A stretch of 64,000 nucleotides of DNA, taken from positions 5,363-69,362 of the IMG/VR virus record IMGVR_UViG_3300000304_000008. The stretch is one strand, 5' to 3'. The stretch is from a virus. The notes under the pieces were generated by a model. That model saw nothing but the letters and a program-made list of their open reading frames with translations. It did not search any database and had not been told where the DNA came from. Shown here piece by piece: positions 55,474-64,000 of the stretch (the first letter of the stretch is position 1; each line of letters opens with the position of its first letter). A program made the position numbers and the translations under genes.

Positions 55474-56373
55474 TTATCTATTCCAATTTAATATATGTTG
55501 TTCATCACCAGTAGTACTATAGAATTCATCGTATGCTTCATATTCTGGTACTAAAGTATGCCAAGTATCTTTAATATTTTCTATTTCATTACCGTTAGGT
55601 AGCATAGCTTCAGCATATGCCTGATTACGATAGAAATTCCAGCTACGTTTAGCATCATAATATAAAGCCTATGGTTTAGTACCATTATAATATTCTATAA
55701 AGATAAGTTTCATTGCTACATACCAATATATAGCTTCAAAGTATGAAGTCATATCAGGTATCATAGGCATACCTTCTTCATCTGTATAAATAGCCGAGTA
55801 CTATATCTTTACAAACCCGTCACGTATGTTACTATATAAAAATCCTGGTTTTATATCATACTATACTGTTGGACTAAAATTAGTACCTTTATGCGCATAC
55901 GGGTGTTTGCCCCAGGTATATTGATTTAATAAAGCACTTAAAGTTTGCCTAATGTTTTTATCATTATTTATTACATCCAAAGCTTCTCTATCACTTGTAA
56001 GATTAAATAAGTTCTTTACTAAAGGTATTAATTCACTATCTTGAATTAACATATGCGGATGCTTACAACAATCTACTTTATCACACACGCTAAACACACC
56101 TGTAGATTTTTTCATAGGTATCCAACCGCCGGTAAATCCTGAAGCATATGCTACAAAATTTAATCTGTATAAATCACAAGGAAGTTTAGCTTGATAATTC
56201 TTTAATTCTATTACAGTCGTTTTGTTATCTAACTAAGTAACAGCACCTATCTTTTCCATAGCCTCACCAATGTACTCAGATATATCTGTAATCTTAATTT
56301 TATCTTCTCTTAGATTAAGGTCTGCTATTATCTTAGCTACTACTGCTTTACTACTAACCATTTTATATACCAT
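55474..56373 (-). CDS. tail ring/tubular protein (299 aa, TAG=Gln)
   Basis: MVYKMVSSKAVVAKIIADL...AKLPCDL; position directly upstream of the muzzle gene as in crAss-like tail clusters. Confidence 0.72.
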
Positions 56374-56375
56374 AT

Positions 56376-56843
56376 TTACACCTCCTCATAATCTAATAGA
56401 TGTTGTTTAATACACTACGCTAATCTACGTTTATTAGTACGTGTAAGAACTAACTAATACCAAGTTTTATTACTTGTAAGTATATCCTACTTATCCCAAT
56501 GGCATCTGTATTTATAAAAATTAGAATGCTCATTTAATAAATACACTAACTTACCCTATTCTTTTGTAGCTTTATAATCTAGTCTTAAACTACGCCTATC
56601 CCAATACTTAGGTAGATGTTTAACTATCTATACATAACCTAATCTGTTAGGTATTCTAACTCTTTTACCCTTTTCTATTAACTCATCTCTTAAATACTAA
56701 AAATACTCTGTAACAATGCTACGGTATACAGAGTAAGGAATATCATATATGGTATCTTCTTCTATACTATCTAAATAATAATTATAAAAAGAAGGTATAG
56801 TATATGATTCTGTTTTATCTGCTAATTTTACTTTCTAATTCAT
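56376..56843 (-). CDS. crAss-type IHF-like structural-cluster protein (155 aa, 7 in-frame TAG)
   Basis: Hand translation open only with TAG readthrough: ...RIPNRLGYVQIVK...SLRLDYKATKEQG...YKYRCHWDK. Confidence 0.68.
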
Positions 56844-57496
56844 CTTCTACTCTGCTATACTCTATTTAATGTATTATCATCAGTATCGTTAGTATCATCA
56901 GTTATTGCTCTAACTAAAGCAGGTATATCCCTTTCCATTATAAACTGTTTTATAGTAGCCCACATATCTGCTGGTAAAGGGTATTCATCTTCGTACGGGT
57001 CATAACATTCTACTGCTTCTGTTGGGTCTTCTGCGATTAACTATACTTCTATAAATTCTAATAAATTACTATCACCTTCTACATACAAATAGTCATCTTT
57101 AATATACGCAATATACCGTGCACAAGTATATTTACGATATTTCTAGAATTTCATTTTAGTTTCTGAACCTATTTGTATTAAGTGCCCAAATCTATCTTTA
57201 ACAGATATTACACCAGGATGCCAATTAAAATCTATTAACTTTGGCAACTTCTCATCTGTTCGGTATTCTACGTGACCAAACTCACCTTCTTCTTGCATTT
57301 TAGAAATATGAAATTGCATAGTCTAAGTGTACATTGGGTCTATGGTTTTATCTTTATTTACTTGCTACTTAATAAGCAAAGCTCTATAAGTTTTAATCCA
57401 TAACTCAATTTGATGTCTACTTAGATGCTCACTTTCTGCTATATTACTATTTCTAGCTTCAAGAAGTATATCATCAATTAAATTTTCTAATGTCAT
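56840..57496 (-). CDS. tail ring protein (218 aa, TAG=Gln)
   Basis: MTLENLIDDILLEARNSNIAESEHLSRHQIELWIKTYRALLIKQ...; ATGA overlap with next gene. Confidence 0.72.
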
Positions 57497-57620
57497 ATTA
57501 ATACGTATTAAATAATACCTTTAAAACGTATTTTAAGCTTCTCTGTGACATTTTGTGTATTTAGTAATACATTCGTACCAAAACTCAATAGCTTTTGTTA
57601 TACGACTTGTATTTAATAAA

Positions 57621-57748
57621 TTGCGAGCGATGCGAGCAATATGTGAGCATCGCGAGTAATTTATTACGATAGTAATAATTACGAGCTTTTGCACTACATT
57701 CATGTAGTGAGCGAGTGCTAACGAGCGAACGTGTGAGCGATGCGCGTA
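57621..57748. repeat. cluster of imperfect RYGAGY repeats with two small hairpins
   Basis: About nine copies of gcgagc/gtgagc/acgagc; hairpins TTATTAC-GATA-GTAATAA and CACTACA-TTCA-TGTAGTG. Confidence 0.6.
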
Positions 57749-57753
57749 ACAAT

Positions 57754-57782
57754 AAAAAAGGTCAACTGTTTTAGCTGACCTT
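57754..57782 (-). terminator. intrinsic terminator
   Basis: Minus strand GGTCAGCT-AAAAC-AGTTGACC followed by a T-run. Confidence 0.75.
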
Positions 57783-57816
57783 AATAATATCATCTTGTTT
57801 ACAAGTAGGTATATCA

Positions 57817-58017
57817 TTATTTAACTATTCTAACATTCTACGACATTAGATTTACACCGTATTGTTCAGCTACTTTAGTAGCCTGTGCTAAATCCCAATG
57901 AGCACCTTTAGTACCATCAGAATTGTGCATTTTTGATACGGCTTTTAATGCACATTCTTCAGTGAAATGTGGACCATACATGCGTTCATGACGTTCCAAT
58001 TTCATTTTATTATGCAT
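57817..58017 (-). pseudogene. short, possibly truncated gene (66 aa)
   Basis: MHNKMKLERHERMYGPHFTEECALKAVSKM...GAHWDLAQ..VAEQYGVNL then ends abruptly. Confidence 0.45.
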
Positions 58018-58025
58018 ATTGATTA

Positions 58026-58658
58026 TTATTCTAAAGTTATTAACTTAGTATCAGTTACTTTGATAAGTTCGTTACTGTTTTTGATAGTGTATCTGTATAC
58101 TCTTTCTTTCTTAAAATCAAATTTTAATAAGCGTCTAAACCAATTTTTATATTTACGTTTATATTCTTTTTTAGAACTTAAAAATAAAGTCTAAGTATTC
58201 TTGATATCTATTTTTGCTGTCAAGATTGAATCTGTTTTAGCAATTATGATTGACGTCAATTCATTCGGTCTGATAACCTCTTTAAAGTTGTTCTCTTTAA
58301 CAACAATCGCAGTGTCCACAATTATCTGCTATGTCTGGGACTAAGCTTGCTCAAGCTATTTATCTTTAATGTTTAATTCTTTTCTAACATTATTTAACTA
58401 CTAAACAATACTATCTTTAGAGTCTTTAAATTCATCAACAGTAAGTCTTAATACTCTATTATCATTCTATAGAGTATCCTACTATTCCTAATAATACAAT
58501 ATATTATTATTAAGTCTATCTATTTCTTTATTCTTATCTTTCAATTGGTTATGCTATAAAACAACAAAAGCAGCGAATATCCCTATGATAAACACTGCTA
58601 GTACTTTGAAATTCTTTGATAACCAACTGATAATATTACTTAGTATTTTTGGTATCAT
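58026..58658 (-). CDS. spanin-like membrane-anchored coiled-coil protein (210 aa, 11 in-frame TAG)
   Basis: N-terminal TM segment, long coiled coil, overlaps the holin 3' end; open only with TAG readthrough. Confidence 0.68.
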
Positions 58659-59139
58659 CTTTGGTATTTTCTAAACTGATAATATCTGAGAGGTCAACGT
58701 CTAAATACTTCTCTGCTTTAGACTTAATGACTTTTGCGAGTATTCGTGATAGTATTGCGTGAGGATGTAAAGCTCTAAAAGATTCTAATAATGATATGCC
58801 CTCGCCTAAACATATTGCACCTGCAACTACTTTAACAGCAGTTAATTCTTCATAAGTCATCGTTATGTACTTATCTATTAACAAACCTAGAGTTATTACT
58901 GAAAAAGCTTCTAAGAATTTATTAACAGTTTTCCATATCTTATGAGATTCAATATGTGGTTTACCACATCTTCTAGATACTTTATATCCAAAAATAGCGT
59001 CGGTTACTATAAATAGAAGAACAGTTATGACAATCGGTATTGCCGGCATATACAATACTGCTATGCCCGAAACAAATCCTAATAATGCTGCTTGACCATC
59101 TGTAAATAACTTTTTAATTAAATTCATTAGTTCGTTCAT
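58636..59139 (-). CDS. holin
   Basis: Three to four hydrophobic segments, TDAIFG, ESHKIWKT and EGISLLESF motifs, basic C-terminus. Confidence 0.75.
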   Translation of the reverse strand: MNELMNLIKKLFTDGQAALLGFVSGIAVLYMPAIPIVITVLLFIVTDAIFGYKVSRRCGKPHIESHKIWKTVNKFLEAFSVITLGLLIDKYITMTYEELTAVKVVAGAICLGEGISLLESFRALHPHAILSRILAKVIKSKAEKYLDVDLSDIISLENTKDDTKNTK

Positions 59140-59272
59140 TGTGTAACCATTCGCATTTGATAGTTTTTGATAGCTCTAGGGGGTATTTAAAACCCCCTTA
59201 CACTATCTATAACGTATTATATTTATTATGTTTCTTTTTGTTGTTTAAGCAATTTAATCGTAATAGCCTTTA

Positions 59273-60490
59273 TTATGATGCCAAAATACCAGCTGTTCTT
59301 AATGCAGCTAAAAGATTATTTAATGTAGTTGCTACTGTGGTAGCCGTTTCTGTACCATCAATAGTGGTATCGGTAATAGTTGTTGCTTGTTTAACACCAC
59401 CTAATACATCGCTAGTTGCACCAGGTAATACATAATGATTAGCATCTGTTTCCACACTATCTAATTTTTGTTTATCCGTACTACTCATTAACCCATTTGT
59501 AGATGTTGTAGCAACAGTATTATCTGCTTTATTAGCTATTTGATTAGTGATGGTAGTTATGAAACTAGGATCATCACCTAAAGCAGCAGCTAATTCATTA
59601 AGAGTATCTAATGTTTCTGGAGCGGAATCTACTAATGCTGCTATTTTAGCATCTACCTGTGATTCAGTCTGATAACCTGCTGTATTACTTACAAGATTAT
59701 CTAAATTCTGTTTGTCAGTACTAGACATTAAACCGTTAGACGATGTGGTAGCTACGTCTTTCGATGCTAAATCATCTAAATCAGTAAGCAGTGCATATTT
59801 GTTTTCAAGATATACACCATTCTCCATTATACCTGATTCAGTTAATTTCAAAGGTACAGAAGATTGAACTGTGAATGTCATAGAGTCTATGCCTGCGTTT
59901 GCAGTTCTAACCTAGAATTCAGTAGAACTACTTTGTAAATATACCATAGCTCCTTCATCACCAGTCATTATAGCAAGATTTGGTACGCCAACAGCACCGG
60001 TAAATTCACCACCAGCCTTATCCATTTTAGTATCTAATTGCACTTCTGTAGCATATGAACTTAAATCGATACTACCGGCGTTTCTATCTCCAACCATCAA
60101 TGTATAAGTATCATCTTCACCTGTTAATTGAATAGAGGCTACGTCTTCTTCTACATTATCTATACTATTCTATAGTTGTGTGTCTGCATTTTGCCTATCA
60201 GTAATTTCTTGATTTATAGATTGTCTTAATTGATTATCTGCTTGTATTCTTGCAGCTTCTTCAGAATCTATGTTGTTCTATAATTGTTGTTCGGCTGCCT
60301 TAGCTCTAGCTATTTCTTCTGCTATATCTCTGTCTTGGTCATCCATTCTATTAAGATAATCCCAAGTCTAACCATTCCAAAACTTTATAATACCACCATT
60401 GGTGTCTTCAGATAAATCAATCCAATAATCTATTTCTTTAGGGTTGGGAGCGATAGTCTAAGCTACCCATTTAATATTATTTGTAACCAT
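59273..60490 (-). CDS. fibre protein (405 aa, TAG=Gln) with head-fibre-like C-terminal motif
   Basis: MVTNNIKWVAQTIAPNPKEIDYWIDL start; two ATTS.NGLMSSTDKQ.LD repeats; SAPETLDTLNELAAALGDDP; ends LNNLLAALRTAGILAS. Confidence 0.75.
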
Positions 60491-60501
60491 ATTATTTATA
60501 T

Positions 60502-61146
60502 TTATTCTGTTTCTTCGTCTTTGTCACCACTAGATGATGATTCTAAAGCAGTTATTCTACTATCTAACGACGCTATTGTAGATTCCATAGAACTTTGTTT
60601 CTACTGTATTATTTCTATCTATGTTTCTATTGATTCTACTCTTATTTTTAATTTATCAAACTCTTCTAGTAATTCTTTATATTTGGTATAATCTTCTGAT
60701 TTAAGTATACCATTATTACCTGATTCATCTACGTATATAGCTTTCAACCACATGGTACCTTTATCCCCATAACCGTCATCAGATTCTCTTATTTCTACAT
60801 CCCATCTATCACCATCATTAGTCTTAGTTAATTTAGACTTTACTATACCTGGTAATTCAGTTGTGGCATAATCTATATGTACTTTACCTTTATTCTTTTC
60901 ACCCCAACTACATTCAGTAAGCATTACTAAGAAATCATTAGGCATATCGTTACCTTCATCGTCTTTCTCACGCTTATTTTCTTCACTGATAGTTATACCA
61001 CCTACTTTATCTTCAGTAGCTACTGGTACCGCAAAGTCTATTAATTGAGCCATTTGATGATTGTGATTCTTAGTTGCTTTACCGTGTATTTGATGTTGTA
61101 GGTTGGCTAACTAAGTAGCCAACCCTGATATATCATTAATTGTCAT
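60502..61146 (-). CDS. tail-fibre-associated protein (214 aa, TAG=Gln)
   Basis: TINDISGL and HNH fibre-repeat-like N-terminus; extends ORF 60619-61053 at both ends. Confidence 0.65.
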
Positions 61147-61360
61147 ATTTAAAATAAATTGTAAGTTTATCAGTTATCTGCCAAAATATTTAGATTATCT
61201 CTTCCATATTATCCGGATTCTGGTATTCATACCAGTTGTAAGACGTCAAGAAAGCTGTTTTTGACAAGTAGGTGCTGTTTCATCCATGATTATTTAGTTT
61301 TTAATCACGGTGTAAATATACAAAAGATTTATTCTAAATTACCCCAAGTCTATAGGCGGA

Positions 61361-64000
61361 TTAGTTACCATAATCTGGCTCATTAATATCCGCATTTTCT
61401 GCGTCTTTAATTGTTGAGATATCTATCTGTCTGTATTCTGATATAGCACCTATTTCGTATAATCTTTTAAATACTTGGTTAGCAACACAAGCAGATGGCT
61501 TAGATAACATGTGTGTTCCACTTTCACCATTGACTATACACCAAGGTATTCTACCTTCTTGTATAGCTTTTTTGTCTGCTGCTATATCTGCGGGTAAACA
61601 AGTGTATTTGTATGCGCCTTCTCCACCTTCGGGATCAGATACAAGTCTAAATCCAAGTTGATAACCTGCGTCTCTCCATCCATATTCTCTTAGATATTTA
61701 CGTACATTCAAATATCTAAATCCAAACTCTTGCTCCATGCGCATATCAAAGTAATCCCAAAATGCAATCCTGCCGTCTGCTGATTGTTGATCAACAAATG
61801 CTGTCATATAAAATCCTAAGAAAACATAGTCGTTGTATTGCGGTGCGCATAGTGTTGCTAATTGTTTATAATAACTTACTAATATATCTGCGCATTCTTT
61901 TTTCGATAAGGTCAAGTTTGGATATTCGCTATCTCCCACTTTGTTTATTATATCTATAGGTTCCCATCCTCCATTTGTTCCCATAAAGCAAACTAAAATA
62001 GAGTCTCTTGTAACTGTTGCAGGTTTAGCATAAGAAACAGATTCAATAACAACTTCTTCTCCATTTTCTTGTCTTTGAAAACCATAATTATCCCTATTTG
62101 GAGTTGACCTCTTAAAAAGTAAATTTCCTAATACTCCATTAACAAAACTTTTCTGACTTCCATAAGGATTTATACCTTCTCCATAAATAGATGTTTCTTC
62201 TCCACTTTCTCCTTTATAATAGGTATTAATATAAGTCTTATTTTCTCCATCTTCAGCTATCACTGTCTTTAGAAATTTCTGTGGCGAAATTTTAATGTTT
62301 ACAACCGTATTTTTATCTGCTGGTATGGTAAATGGCTCTATCGCATAAGGACTAATACCAATATGTGCCAATGTATCCAAACAACTTTCACCACCGATAC
62401 AGTTGTTTCTTATGGTATGATTTCCCAATGGGTTGAGCGTATTCATTTTAGCCATTGCAGAACCTATCTGACTACCAATACTATCTCCATAAACATCAAT
62501 AAATCTGTAAGATGCGGTATCTTTGTCGGGAATTAAAGATTCATCAATATATTCTTTATATTCCTCCCAAGCATATAATGGATTGTTTATTTCATAACAA
62601 TAATAAAAATTATTTTCATCAGCAATAATAGTACTTGTACTCCATCTTGCATATACCGCTCCCTCTACCCAAGTTAATGTGTCTGATTGAGTAATTGTTC
62701 CGGGTATTACATTGTCATTAATATCATATAATGCTGCATAGTTTTGTTGAGTAGAAAAGGAAGGGTTAAAATTAGAAAATACCAAAGTCTCTCCTTCTTT
62801 TATTCTAATAGGAGCAGTAACTCCACCATTACCATTACCAGCCACAATTTTACCTTCACTGTTGATATAAGCTGTTTTTACATCTAACCCTGTCCCTCTT
62901 TTATATTTGTTTTTTCCTATTATAAGATTAGGTGTTTCTGACATTTTCAAATCTACTTCCTTATTTATAACTAATTGTTCTTGCTTGTTATTATCAATAA
63001 GAGTCCGCAAATTAGTTATCCCATATACTATAGGGTTTTCTGTATAGCGATCGTGTGTAAAGAGGATATATTCGGCATCTTCGGGTTTATTTTGCAAATC
63101 AATATAAACGTCTTTAAGCAATTCGTTAGCTTTTGCTTCCAAAATAGTAGATACATATTGTCCCTCTCCTTTGTACCATCCAACAAATATTCCTCCACTA
63201 AAATTTATAAATTTCAATACACTAAAGTATAAATATAATATATTGTCGGTGATAATCTTAGAGACAGTACTAGTACCTGCTTGAGATAAAGTTCCGCTAC
63301 TGTTTATATATCTCTGAGAACCAAAATCAGTGTATGTCAATTCTGCTTTAGAAATACCGTAAAACATATCATTTAATTCTTTTCTATCAGCCTTTACTTT
63401 TAAATAATCTTCTACCATAGAATATGGTATAATTATTTTTGGTTCTTCCCATGTAGTAATTGGATTGCTTTGCTCATAACAATATAAATTCTTGCTACCG
63501 CTATCATTAATCCACCCGCTTGGTATTGTCCATGCCGCATAAACTGCGCCTTCCATCCATGTTAATGTATTAGACTTTACAACACTTCCCTCAATAGCAT
63601 TTCCATACATATCGTATAAAGCGGCATATTGATCTTGTATAGTTTCTATAGCGAATTCACTAAAAACTAAAGTTTCTCCTTTATTGATTGCAACAAAAGA
63701 TGAAACAGCATAATTGCCATTTCCCTCTACAATTTCGCCATTACTGTTTATATATCTACTTTTCTGTTCACTGCCTGTTATATATCGGTTTTTACCATAA
63801 GTAATAGGTAATTTCGAGTTAAGTAGATAATTATTTACCTTATCTACCTTAGAAAATTTATTTGCTCCAACTTCAGAAAAACTACCAACAGCCCATGAGC
63901 CACCTTGATACTCCCATGTTTCCAATTCTCCTGCCTCGTCCAGAAACGAACATTTTAAACCGACATTCCTAAGTTCTGCCGGAACTTTGGTGATTGCCGT
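61361..64000 (-). CDS. tail spike / receptor-binding protein with SGNH (GDSL-like) hydrolase domain; 5' partial
   Basis: Frame open to the window edge (TAITKVPAELRNVGLKCSFLDEAGELETWEY); YGDSIG, GGE, MGTNG and GTH blocks; internal ~120-aa duplication. Confidence 0.78.
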   Translation of the reverse strand, partial: TAITKVPAELRNVGLKCSFLDEAGELETWEYQGGSWAVGSFSEVGANKFSKVDKVNNYLLNSKLPITYGKNRYITGSEQKSRYINSNGEIVEGNGNYAVSSFVAINKGETLVFSEFAIETIQDQYAALYDMYGNAIEGSVVKSNTLTWMEGAVYAAWTIPSGWINDSGSKNLYCYEQSNPITTWEEPKIIIPYSMVEDYLKVKADRKELNDMFYGISKAELTYTDFGSQRYINSSGTLSQAGTSTVSKIITDNILYLYFSVLKFINFSGGIFVGWYKGEGQYVSTILEAKANELLKDVYIDLQNKPEDAEYILFTHDRYTENPIVYGITNLRTLIDNNKQEQLVINKEVDLKMSETPNLIIGKNKYKRGTGLDVKTAYINSEGKIVAGNGNGGVTAPIRIKEGETLVFSNFNPSFSTQQNYAALYDINDNVIPGTITQSDTLTWVEGAVYARWSTSTIIADENNFYYCYEINNPLYAWEEYKEYIDESLIPDKDTASYRFIDVYGDSIGSQIGSAMAKMNTLNPLGNHTIRNNCIGGESCLDTLAHIGISPYAIEPFTIPADKNTVVNIKISPQKFLKTVIAEDGENKTYINTYYKGESGEETSIYGEGINPYGSQKSFVNGVLGNLLFKRSTPNRDNYGFQRQENGEEVVIESVSYAKPATVTRDSILVCFMGTNGGWEPIDIINKVGDSEYPNLTLSKKECADILVSYYKQLATLCAPQYNDYVFLGFYMTAFVDQQSADGRIAFWDYFDMRMEQEFGFRYLNVRKYLREYGWRDAGYQLGFRLVSDPEGGEGAYKYTCLPADIAADKKAIQEGRIPWCIVNGESGTHMLSKPSACVANQVFKRLYEIGAISEYRQIDISTIKDAENADINEPDYGN

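Noticed and set aside
57621-57748. CRISPR array
   Set aside because: Units are 6-8 nt with irregular short spacing and no cas genes.
61361-64000. Diversity-generating retroelement target in the spike gene
   Set aside because: The internal duplication is diverged at all base types rather than only adenines, and no reverse transcriptase or template repeat is in the window.

Overview
AT-rich bacteriophage DNA with the gene content and layout of a crAss-like phage (Crassvirales; a Bacteroidota host is inferred from A-rich, Shine-Dalgarno-free start contexts). Two convergent blocks meet at a bidirectional terminator at ~26.39 kb. The + strand block (1-26.4 kb) holds small early genes, an ECF-type sigma factor and a replication module: family B DNA polymerase, DnaB, AAA ATPase, primase, endonuclease, metallophosphoesterase and PD-(D/E)xK nuclease. 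The - strand block (26.4-64 kb) looks fragmented in the supplied ORF track because it uses TAG as a sense codon (code 15, most likely Gln). Read that way, the fragments join in frame into a 1,773-aa ejection protein, a ~5,086-aa RNA polymerase polyprotein, two further cargo proteins, tail proteins, a spanin-like protein, a holin and fibre/spike proteins. Three group I introns are resolved to the base: in dnaB and the ATPase gene (each with an HNH endonuclease), and in the RNAP DFD/ID catalytic motif. The least expected signal is an RNA layer in the + strand intergenic space: a circularly permuted two-piece tmRNA (tag GNKFVTDYTRIAA), recurring truncated tRNA-like minihelices directly downstream of structured RNAs, a tRNA-like gene with an enlarged anticodon loop, a kissing-loop element and a ~2-kb structured non-coding tract. 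A resolvase-like endonuclease missed by the ORF track starts ATG-TAG, so it would need amber readthrough. No suppressor tRNA-CUA is seen in this window. All translations and pairings were done by hand and no database searches were run; in-frame TAA/TGA absence in the largest genes was checked over long stretches but not at every codon.
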